64,000 nucleotides of DNA from Marsupella aquatica (lineage: Eukaryota; Plantae; Marchantiophyta): positions 5,273,181 to 5,337,180 of the forward strand of contig OZ316895.1 of assembly GCA_973895155.1 (NCBI GenBank), given 5' to 3'. A program made the translations under genes and the position numbers. The notes under the pieces were generated by a model. The model had not been told where the DNA came from. It saw nothing but the letters and a program-made list of their open reading frames with translations, and made no database searches. Within the stretch, counting starts at the first letter, position 1, and each line of letters opens with the position of its first letter. Shown here piece by piece: positions 1 to 9,830 of this stretch.

Positions 1-66
1 AATGTGCTTATTGACCAGGACACTCCATCAAGCGGGGCTGCAAGTGTAGTTTCACTGCAACAAAAA
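1..66 (+). pseudogene. N-terminal fragment of SWIM/MULE-type transposase, split by the CACTA insertion
   Basis: Reads HSIKRGCKCSFTATK (21-65) with an in-frame TGA at 12-14. A KRGCxCxF motif followed by ...HQDKHGHICHG after 22571 matches the N-terminal zinc-binding region of plant SWIM/MULE-derived proteins. Confidence 0.65.
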
Positions 67-520
67 CACTAGTACATTTTATCGCCCTTTTCCGACAATG
101 AAAGTATCGGAACCCTTCGGCAACTTGCAACCAGATTTTTGGACCTTCCGATTACCACAACATCAGAACATGCCATTTTCTGCACATCGGATATAGACCA
201 TCGGACAAGTATCGGAACTACCGATATTACCTTCATCGGACTATCCGTAATTTTAAATATCGGATATTTTACTATCCGATGCCGGAAGTGTCGGACCACT
301 ACTTTGTCGCCTGTTCTGTTTAATTTGTGTCCAATTATTGTCCGTTTGTTAAGACATCGAAATATCCGATATTATTAGTTTTGCAAGTTCCGATGCGGTA
401 AGATTCGGAAGATCCGAATGTTCTGGAATGGGGAAGTCCAATACAAAGTGCATCGGAAGGTCATGGTTTTGGTTGGATGGAGTGGGATGATTTAAGTATC
501 GGAATGGCATCGGAAAGAGT
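67..520. repeat. CACTA left TIR plus subterminal TCCGA(T)/(A)TCGGA motif array
   Basis: CACTA terminus followed by many direct and inverted copies of ATCGGA/TCCGAT. Confidence 0.85.
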
Positions 521-835
521 GCTTTGGGAAGCGGGGATGCCACGCTTATTAGCATATTTAGTGGGTTAGGGTTAGGTGTAGGGGTGTTTTGGAGGCATTT
601 TGGAGCTTATTGAAAAAACCATGCAACATAGATCTAATTCGAACCCATGCATGGCCAAAAAGGGTACTCAAGCCCCTAAAATGAATATATACATATAGAC
701 CCCAATATGTACAAGTGTGATCCACTCGGATCAAATAAGAAATAGCAGCGTGCCCCATATGGTCTACACTTTGTGCCCTAACACACTAGGCTTCTACTCT
801 GCATATGCTGGTCAACTATCTGACTTGCTACCAGC

Positions 836-3800
836 TCAAAATGGAGCATGTCGTCCCTTCCTCTTTTTGGAACGAGTCCGTGGAGGTGGGGGTGGAGAAG
901 CCTCGGTGAATGTGGTTTGGTCCATATTGGCTTGGTCCAGGTCGTCTGTCCCAAGTGTAGAGGCAACATGAGGAAGTGGACCAACCCCACCACCACCACC
1001 ATGGGAAGCCCCTGAGCCATGAGAGGGCACACCCTCTTCGCTACCTCGGCAAGTATGAAAGGAAGCTGCGGGACCCCACCCACTGGTCCCATCAGCAGTA
1101 GAACGTCGTGACTCACCACCACCACCACCACTCCCTCCTGACTGGCTAGGGGCACCATGACTAGCTGCTGGAGGACCTGAGTGGTGAGAGACCCCACCAC
1201 CACCGCCTCCACTCCCTCCAGACGTGCCAGAGGCACGTCCACCACCCCCAATGCTGCTTGCATGCTGAGAGACACCACCACCACTGCCTGCACTCCCTCC
1301 AGACTGGCCAGGGGCATGTCGACCACCCCCAGTGCTGCCTGCATGCTGAGAGACACCACCACCACTACCTGCACTCCCTCCAGACTGGCCAGGGGCATGT
1401 CGACCACCCCTAGTGCTGCCTCCATGGTGAGAGACACCACCAACACCGCCTGCACTCCCTCCAGACTGGCCAAGGGCATGTCGACCACTCCCAATGCTGC
1501 CTCCGTGGTGAGAGACTCCACCACCACCGCCTGCACTCCCTCTAGACTGGCCGCCTCCAGTGCGACCAGAGTGCCGAGACCCTCCACCGCCGGCTGCACT
1601 CCCTCCAACCTGGCCACCCCTAGTGCCGCCAGAGTGGCCAGAGCCTCCAGAGCCACTCCCAACTACGCCTAACTGCTGAGAGCCTCTAGAACACCCTTCC
1701 CCGTGGGGCTCTAATCGGCGAGACCCACCAACAGCATGTCGTGCAACAACATGTTGCGGGCCCTGAGTGTCAGCTCTACCACCAACCCCTGATTGGCGTC
1801 GGCCACTAGAACCAACCCCTATGGCTCTCGACTGGTGTGCGCTAGGGGCCCGACTAGCACCACCTCTGCTGGCCCTACTTCGTGATGCTGGAACACCATG
1901 ATCCTCACCCCGTCGAGTCGAGTGGCGAGGACCACTAACACCGTCCCTAACTGCTCCAGACCGGCGAGATGTGGGTGCGGTCACAATTGCCTCCTCTGGG
2001 CCCAACGACTCTACATCTGAATCGTCCGCCCCTGAGCCCTCCTCCGAGTCCTCACCCTCCGACCCCTCCTCCTCTGAGCCCTACATATATCCAAATAGCA
2101 ATCCAATTAGTGTATGCTCCATCTTACCACAAATTTTCATCAACCAATTAAGACATTGCATTTAGAGGATTGTCCATACCGAACCCAACTCCTCCTCCTG
2201 GTGAATTTTGAGAGCTCGCGGTCCGTGCTTCTTAGCCAACTCCCTCTCGTCTGGTAAGATTGGCCGCCCATGCTCACGCTCCTACACCCCACACAAAATG
2301 GCCCCAACATCAAATTGTCCCCCATTAGTCCCTCCCTATCACACCCCAAGTAGTCCCACATCCTCACACCCCCAAATACATGTACAATGGCCTTTGGATC
2401 CTACCAAGAAATCTACCAAGGATTACCGATAAAAATTCAAATTATCCGATTACCCAAGTATCGGACCCCTCGTGCTAAAATATCGGACAGACTGTCCGAA
2501 TGGTTATCCGATACTGATACTATCGGATCATAATCGGACCCCAATTTCAAAAAAAGGTGTAATAACACTTCCGATTATGGGTCCGATACCTACAGAATCG
2601 GACCAGTATCGGAAAGATGGCCCAGGAAAGAAAAAATACAGTGTCGAGAGCAGGCCTGACTTGCAGGTCTCGCCTCGACAATAAGAAGGGACTAGCTTTG
2701 GGTCGGGGCTCTTTAGGCATACACAAGCCTCAGGTGATCAGGCAAATTGAGGTGAGGAGCTTGGAGAGAGGAGGGGGAGTACTTACAAACTCTGCCTTGA
2801 GACGCTGTGACCCACCCTGCCCCATCCAGTGAGTGATTATTGGCCTATTGTCAACTCGAAGCAATGCTTTCAGGATTTGTGAGGGAGGGTCTCCAAGCTG
2901 AACTGATCTTGCTTCCCAATGCTGCAGGTTACTCTGAGCATGGCGGGTGTCAACAGTCTCCCCTGCTTGGGCCTTGATGGCAAGCTCTTCTAATTCGGCC
3001 TGCCAGTACCATCTTGCCTGCCAAGCTCGAACTTGTAGCTCGGTCTCGATCCAAGCTGCCCATACATCTGGTGGTAGATCAACTGGGCACCCCCTCTGCC
3101 TGATCACCTCCTCATTTTCCTTGCATTCACCAAGGTATTTCCTGAGCTTCTCCCTGACATGGTTCCTTCTGTCTGCAAGTGAGAGGCTGATTTTTCGATT
3201 CAAGAACCTGTCATCAAGGAATGATCCATTGGAAAACCTCTCCTTCACCTGCTCACGAACTCTAAATTTCTCCTGTTCATTTTGCTTCCCCCAGTAGTCT
3301 AACACCCCAAAATGGGATCTAAGTACCTGCCCAAGCTGACTCCTGAAGAGATTATAGCTCCTGGCCCTGGGAGCTCCTCCACTATTCAAAAATAGCTTTG
3401 GCCGCTTGCTTCGCTCCTCTGCTTGCTGTTTCTCCTCCTGTGCTCTCTTCCTCTTTGCAGCCCATGCTTCTTTACGCAGGGCTTTCTCTCTCTATCTTGG
3501 TGAGAGGGCCTCCGCAGGGATGCTCCACTTCTCATCCCTTTGCTTCCTCTTCTTTTCTTTCTCCCTCTGCTGCCTTTCCTCGAATGCTTTCTCAGCTTCT
3601 GAAATAATTGTGCCCTTTGAAGAGTCAATCAATCCCTGTGTCAATGCAGCAACCTGCTGCGCAACTTCTATTGAGAGGCCTATTTGCGTTTGAAAAATGG
3701 CTGTCATAATGTCCCCAAAGTTTTGAGATGGCCCGGCTCCATCTCCTGCAGATCCTCCGGCTCCCCCGGCTGCTCCGGCTCCCCCGGCTCCACCTCCTGC

Positions 3801-3839
3801 CCCTCCTGCCCCTCCATTGTTGAACCCCTCCATAGCCAT
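836..3839 (-). pseudogene. CACTA accessory (TnpA/Ptta-like) gene, 3 exons, one premature stop
   Basis: ORFs 3492-3839 and 2730-3389 are in the same frame, separated by a single TAG at 3492-3494. GTAAGT donor near 2786 after ...HWMGQGGSQRLKAEF; exon ~2281-2180 (EREHGRPILPDERELAKK...); exon ~2081-836 (acidic, then Gly/Ser/His-rich). The W..W...H..G pattern resembles Ptta/Transposase_24; family call is inference. Confidence 0.6.
1181..1590. repeat. 81-bp coding tandem repeat (about 5 units, 27 aa each)
   Basis: GAGAGAC anchor recurs at 1186, 1267, 1348, 1429 and 1510. Encodes GVSHHGGS..GGRHAPGQSGGSAGGGG-like units on the minus strand. Confidence 0.9.
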
Positions 3840-4812
3840 AAGCTCCTCCCGGCCTTCAATTCCAGTTCGTGACCACGCACTTCCCCGGCTTTTGCCAAAG
3901 AAAACATCTCCCGACGCTCTTTCGATGCAAAGCCCGACTAAGAAGGAGTGGCACTTTGGTCGGGAAACCTAAAACCTGTCCGACTATGGATCCGATTCTT
4001 ACTACATCGGAACAAGCGATGCTGTAATTATCGGAAATATAGTGGATGTCCGATTCTTATAGCATCGGACCCCTCTTGTTAATTCCTTGTATTACTCATG
4101 TCCGAAGTCTTTTCCGATATAATAACTATGGCAATTAATTTGGTTGTATGTTTGATGACCCTATGTTGGTTCTATGTGTTTAAGCAGGGTTTTAGGGATA
4201 GGGTGGACCGTTGGAGCCGCGGTCCCTTCTCATTGTGTGGTTTGGAGGTGGTTGGTATGTATAGATGTTGCGAGTTATATTTGAGAGTTGTTTGGTATTT
4301 ACATTGTGACATTTTGGGTGAAAAATATGGATTCACCTAGCTAGCTAACCTTATGCATACAGTGACATGCCAAATTTTGCAGTTCTTTTTTGCAGAGGGT
4401 TAAGTCACTCGGTTTTTGCAAAGGGTTAGGTTGCTGAGCTTTTTTTGGGGTCCATTTTTGTAATGCATCATGCACAGCGAGAGCCCGCACGTCTGAAAGG
4501 TATGGTTGGACCACTCTAAAATGTTGGGAGGTGCCCGGCATAGGTCGGCCCCCTAGCCAACTATAATTATGGTCATACAGAGGTTAATTATTGATCTTGT
4601 TACACACTAATTAAGTTGAAGTGTTCTTGTGCAGTAATTTCAGACTTGTCTTAGCATATAGTCTAAGGCCAAGATCCTAGTTGGCACTGCAGAGCGCGGG
4701 TCTCATTAAGGTATTATTGATTTAAACATTTTTTTGTTTTGCCTTAAGACATATATATGTAAATAATTGTCACAATGGTGCAGATTCTAAAATATAGTGA
4801 CATTGTGTATAC

Positions 4813-5559
4813 ATGGATGATGGGCAGATGTCCAATTCTGGGAGTTCTGAGTCGGACTCAGACTCAACCTCGTCATCTTCTGAGGGGGACGTTCCTCCTT
4901 CCCCTCCTCGGACTCAATGTCCTCCTCCTATAGGACCTATTCCATGCTGGTGTGTTAGATGTAAAGGCATGGTTCGTCAAGCCTGGGAAGCCATTGAGCA
5001 CATTGAGAACTATGGCCGACATGAGGGTGATTTACCTGGATATTCTGCTCGCCAGGTATGCATCATTTATTGTGCTTGGAGACATTGATATGCACAAGTT
5101 GTAACATTGCACCCATACATTTATTAATTGTTGGTATTTTTTGTGATTGAATAGGTGCCTCGTAGGACCCCTCCTCCATTGGTCTCTAATGACTTATGGG
5201 TAAACACACTTTTGGCTGGTGCAAGAGAGTTGTTAGCAGCATCATCACATCCCCCTCAATGTAGCCTCCCTTGTGTTGATCCAGAGACTATACCAGTTCC
5301 ATCTAGGGTTGGTCACACCCGAGCACGTTCCCAAAGACAACGGCGTCGTTATGAACCCTTGGGTGTGCATGAGACCGAGGACCAAGTTCTGCACCATACT
5401 CATAGAGTACCGCCAGGAGAGGACTATGTGGAAGTGGAAGGGAGGTTGGGGCTTTCATATGTCACTGGGAAGGCATTGACAGTCTTGAAGGATTTCTCAT
5501 CTGAGAGATTCAAAATACCCCCTGGCCTAACCACTGACACTCGTATCCACATATGGGGT
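4813..5559 (+). pseudogene. CACTA transposase (TnpD) N-terminal exons, truncated at the Gypsy junction
   Basis: ATG at 4813; IPCWCVRC...EHIENYG resembles the transposase-associated Zn domain; GT-AG intron 5056-5154; exon 2 from 5155 runs into the retroelement boundary. Confidence 0.7.
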
Positions 5560-5978
5560 CATTTTTTAATTTTTAGTTAAGCCATTTTTTAATTTTTAGT
5601 TAATTCCGTCATTATAGGTTGATGATGCCCCAGGTGACTTTATATTCTTTCTCTCATAATAGTTCTAAGATTTGCGGCGACCTAAGTGGGCAAATATTTT
5701 GGGACCTTGAAACTAGCCCGGACCAGCCCCATAGGACTTACCGTTTTGCTTCAAGAGCTATTGTTGAGACCCCCATTGCAAAGTCAGGAGAGGGGGGGGT
5801 TTTTTTTTAAATAAATCCCTCCTCAGGAGGGCGAGTCCCATTAGTGGCCGTCCGAGAGAAAGAGGGGCTGCCTCGCGAGCCCATAGGGCTGCGTGCCCGG
5901 GCGATTAATGGGGCTCCGCGAGCTGAAGGGGCTGCCTCGCGAGCCCATAGGGCTGCGTGCCCGGGCAATTAATGAGGT

Positions 5979-6175
5979 CCCGCGAGCTGGGAGGATCACG
6001 CGAGCGGGGGGGAGTTAAAGGGCCTCCCGCGAGCTGGGAGGATCACGCGAGCGGGGGGGAGTTAAAGGGCCTCCCGCGAGCTGGGAGGATCACGCGAGCG
6101 GGGGGGAGTTAAAGGGCCTCCCGCGAGCTGGGAGGATCACGCGAGCGGGGGGGAGTTGAAGGGCCTCCCGCGAGC
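5979..6175. repeat. GC-rich 47-bp tandem repeat, 4 units, in the left direct repeat
   Basis: Unit CCCGCGAGCTGGGAGGATCACGCGAGCGGGGGGGAGTTAAAGGGCCT; preceded by a duplicated GGGGCTGCCTCGCGAGCCCATAGGGCTGCGTGCCCGGGC block at ~5863 and ~5927. Confidence 0.95.
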
Positions 6176-6607
6176 CGGGAGGAATGGCCGCGCGCCCTGC
6201 ATAGGGCCGCGCGCAGGAGGACGCAAGGGTAAGGCCCGAGAAATGGGCCGGGGCGCATGGCGAAGGCGCCAGGAGTTTTTTCGGTTCTATTTTTTTTTTC
6301 CTTCCTTTTTCTTTCCCTCTTCCTTTTGCACGACCCTCTCATTGCCGAAAGCAAAAACGGGGTTCTTCTCTCTCTTGCCGGAAGCTCTCTCCAGATTCTA
6401 ATTATTTTTGAAGCTCTCTCTTTCATGGTGGATTAGTGGGGCTTGCTGGCGTCATTCTTCCAGGCATTAGTGGCGGCCGCACGGAGTAGTGACGGGAAAT
6501 TGAGAGAATTTAAGTGATCGGGCTACGGGGGCTGTTTCGGGCCAGGGAATTGACATTGCCACGGGTGACGGGATTGGTGATTGAGAAATTGATTTCGGGA
6601 TGCATGG

Positions 6608-8464
6608 ATGCTAGATCAACCAGAGTTTAGTGCGTCACGCATTCGGAGATACAAGGCTGCTTACCGTGACTACGTGGAGACTCGGATTACACGGGAAAGG
6701 GAAGAGAGAGAAGTTATGATGAGCACGGGATTGGCAGCGGGTTCCTCACCGGTGGGTAGGAAGATTTTTCGTCGAATTTATCCCAAGACCTCCACCAAGG
6801 TGATGGAGGATTGTCGGAACATTTTCCAAGCCACCGGGCTTACAGAATTCATGAAGGTGGAGATTACCATCCCTTCAGGGAAGAGCTGGGACATTGAGGC
6901 CGGGATGGAGTTCCGAACGGAGGGAATCTACTTTGAATGTCTCAAACGTGTAGTGCCCCATGTGGAGTTGGCTAAGCTATTGTTTCTTGAGAATCAGAAA
7001 TTCTCATTCACACCTCGGAATATCAGGGGAGAACTCACGTTGAAAATGGTGGCCACTTGGGTGACCAATCCTACCTCCACCACCGCCATCCCTCTTTCTG
7101 CTGTCAAGGATGTTGAGTATAAGGGCTTCCTGGCCAAGGTGCATCAACGGGTTCTTGGCAACATGCAATCCGGAGTGCTGAATGAGGAGCATTTCGTGGT
7201 AGCTATGGACATCAAGAACTACCCAGCCCATGTGTACGGATGGTGGTGCTACGGATTGAAGAAGCTATTGGCCGCTGAGCCCGGGAGTGTGAAACCAGGT
7301 GGGGCTGTACATTTGATGGGGTCATTTGTATTGGCCAGGGCAGAAGGGTTGATTGGTTCTCCGGGGCATGAAGACACGGGATCATCTCTCACCACGGAGA
7401 TCCGGAGTATTGCCACTACCGTTTTAGGGAAGCTCACGGAGGAATCATTGTCTGCTGGTGGGGAGGATAATAGAGAAGAAGAGAACCAGGAGGATGATTG
7501 CACATTGGAGTGGCTTGAATCACTCGTGGGAGATCCGAAACAGCCTCTGGAATACAACATTCCGGATGTTTACTTGGCAGAGCTACGGGATTTCAGAGAG
7601 GGAGTCCACGAGGGACTCAAGCTAGTCCACGCATTGAGGGAGTCTCTCAAGCACGCCACAGTCAAAGTAGAGACGTTAGAGCAGAGCATCCTGTCACTGA
7701 AGGAGGTGATCAAGACCAAGGAGCAGACCATTCATGAGAAGGTCAGGCACATCAATGCAGCTCACGTAGAGATCACCAACTTGAAGGGAGCTTTGTCCAC
7801 CAAGGCCAAGGAAGCAGAAGAAGTAGGAGCGTTGAGGCAAGCATTGGCCAAAGAGAAGCAAAATTCTGGAGAAGTGATGGAGTGGAGGAACCAGGTGGGA
7901 GCACTACGGAGTCAGGTGGCAGCCTTTGAGACACGAGCGAAGAGAAGTGAGGCCCTGAGTCTAGGGAAACGGAAGAGTCCCGGCACACCTGGCTCCACAC
8001 TTTCCCCGGATGTGATCTCCCAAGCTATCGAGATGGTGGTGAAGGAGGTTAGTGGGAAGTATGGACCCTTGTTGGATGGAGCCAAGAAGAGTCAGGAGAA
8101 GAGTAAGAGCTTGGAGAAGAAGCTCCGGGAGGTACGGAAATCGTTACGGGAGGCTCAGGTCAGTACGGGGATGCCACCCAGGTCTGTCACCCCCGGGACT
8201 CCCATGGCCACGGGGCAAGTTCTACCGTTGGAGTTGCGGTCCGGAGAAGAGGCTACCCTCTGGAAGGACACAATTGGTGAGGGGTACATCAAGGCGTGGC
8301 AGGCCTTGGCTGCTTTGAGGAAGCGCGGGAGCAGCAGCACTAAGAGTACTCCGTCGAAGAAGAAGAAAAGTACGGTGGCACTCACTCCCGTGAGTGATGA
8401 GGAGGAGGACCACTCACGGGGCACAAGTCCGGGCACCGAGAGCGAAGAAGAAGAGGAGGATTAG
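6608..8464 (+). CDS. 618-aa retroelement accessory protein, copy 1 (globular N-terminus, coiled coil, basic/acidic tail)
   Basis: Intact ATG-to-TAG ORF. Heptad-rich region at ~aa 325-515; KRK and RKR..KKKK basic clusters; acidic C-terminus; no signal peptide or transmembrane stretch visible. Confidence 0.85.
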   Translation: MLDQPEFSASRIRRYKAAYRDYVETRITREREEREVMMSTGLAAGSSPVGRKIFRRIYPKTSTKVMEDCRNIFQATGLTEFMKVEITIPSGKSWDIEAGMEFRTEGIYFECLKRVVPHVELAKLLFLENQKFSFTPRNIRGELTLKMVATWVTNPTSTTAIPLSAVKDVEYKGFLAKVHQRVLGNMQSGVLNEEHFVVAMDIKNYPAHVYGWWCYGLKKLLAAEPGSVKPGGAVHLMGSFVLARAEGLIGSPGHEDTGSSLTTEIRSIATTVLGKLTEESLSAGGEDNREEENQEDDCTLEWLESLVGDPKQPLEYNIPDVYLAELRDFREGVHEGLKLVHALRESLKHATVKVETLEQSILSLKEVIKTKEQTIHEKVRHINAAHVEITNLKGALSTKAKEAEEVGALRQALAKEKQNSGEVMEWRNQVGALRSQVAAFETRAKRSEALSLGKRKSPGTPGSTLSPDVISQAIEMVVKEVSGKYGPLLDGAKKSQEKSKSLEKKLREVRKSLREAQVSTGMPPRSVTPGTPMATGQVLPLELRSGEEATLWKDTIGEGYIKAWQALAALRKRGSSSTKSTPSKKKKSTVALTPVSDEEEDHSRGTSPGTESEEEEED

Positions 8465-9595
8465 ATAGGCGTACGGACGTGGGTGTACGGCCTCCAGATT
8501 TCCAACATTTTAGTGGGGGGTCACTCATGGGCTTGTTGGGATGAGCTCGCGGAGCTGATTCCAACAAGAGGCGGCGCTCCTCAAACGGAGCCAGGATGAG
8601 CAAGTTATGGCCTGGAGAACTTATGTTTTTGCGGTACGGAAACGGCCATAACTCAGGCGTCTGAAGTCCGTTGAGGGAGCGACTTAGTGATTCGGAAGCA
8701 GGAAAAGAAGAGCTATCCAGGGGTGAGCTCAGGTGTGCACTTGGAAGGGCACCTAGTTTCGGCCATTTTGGGGTGCCTCTCACTTTCAGGGTTCACGTGT
8801 ACTGTTGGGGCGCCGTCGAAGGCACCGTCGGCCCCCTTGTTTTGGGTTTAGGGTTTTAGCAGCATGTGTGTGCCGCATGCTCCTCTTCAGTTTAAGGATT
8901 TCTCTTAGTGCAAGGTTTTAGCGGCGCCGCTAGGGTAGCCGCCACCGTTGTGACCCTGTGAGGGGTGCTTTGGTGTGATTTTTCAGTATTTAGGGGGATA
9001 GCCCCGAAGTAGTTAGGGGGACTCAGTGTGAAGTTAGCAAGGAGGGATAGAGTGGAGCCTGAGGAGTTTGAAAGCGTGTTCAGAGTAGTGAGGGGGAGCC
9101 ATACTCATTGTCCGGAGAGGCAGGAGTTGAGTAGACGGCAGGAGGCCGGGTTACTCATGCAATGTGTATCGTTTTTCCCAAGAGATATGGATCTGTACAT
9201 TTGACTTGATGGGCTTTTGTTGTGTGTTCCTTCTCCCTTTTTCGCTTTCCGAATTGTGTTCTCCCGTTCTATGATTTGAAGAAACTTGCTTGGTTTGAGT
9301 CGGCCTTGTGAGTAGGGGTGGTGACAGCACTCTTTGGGTGACTCCGAGTGAAGGTGTAGTGGGGTAGTCGGCAGGACTTGATCAAAAGCTGTGGGGTGAG
9401 GGTAGTCGGTAGACTTGATCAAAACCTACATTTCCGGGAGCGGAAACCAAAATACTCATCCTGGTGTGAAAAGAATCCAAATAGCGTCCCTCCACGACCC
9501 CGTAATACGATACCAACGGTTTAAGCGAAGAAAAGTGCGGTTTGCACGTATTAACCGTTGGAGAGGCAAGTGACATAAGTGTGGTCTTTTGTTTT

Positions 9596-9613
9596 TGGCG
9601 CCGCTGCCGGGGA
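9596..9613 (+). other. Primer-binding site complementary to the tRNA-Asp 3' end
   Basis: TGGCGCCGCTGCCGGGGA has one mismatch to TGGCGCCGTTGCCGGGGA, the Athila-type PBS. Confidence 0.85.
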
Positions 9614-9830
9614 ATCCTTCTTCTTGTTTGACGACACGAAGGAGGGGAGCTACGTCTATTGGGAGTTCAAACCTATCAACCACAACGCAACTTGCGACGG
9701 TTGATACGTGAGAAGTTTGTTGGTTACTTTGTTATTGTACGTCAACCACAACGCATCGTGCGACGGTTGATGTTTACAAATATTGCTTTCTGAGACATTG
9801 GTGTAAGTTTGGAATGCAGGTCTCAATGGG

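Larger units (their letters stand above)
5578..9575 (+). repeat. Left long direct repeat (putative 5' LTR, 5'-truncated)
   Basis: Matches 16271-20221 (offset 10693 before the tandem array, 10646 after it). Ends ...GGCAAGTGACA, upstream of the PBS. Confidence 0.85.

Noticed and set aside
560-576. TTAGGG telomere-like repeat
   Set aside because: Only about two units; expected by chance in CACTA subterminal DNA.
778-1672. 294-aa minus and 163-aa plus ORFs as separate genes
   Set aside because: They are alternative frames of the stop-poor 81-bp repeat; only 836-2005 joins upstream exons.
5979-6175. 47-bp array as a CRISPR-like locus
   Set aside because: Units are contiguous with no unique spacers, and the context is a eukaryotic retroelement.
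6608-8464. Calling the 618-aa ORF a retroviral envelope gene
   Set aside because: No signal peptide, fusion peptide or transmembrane segment is visible.
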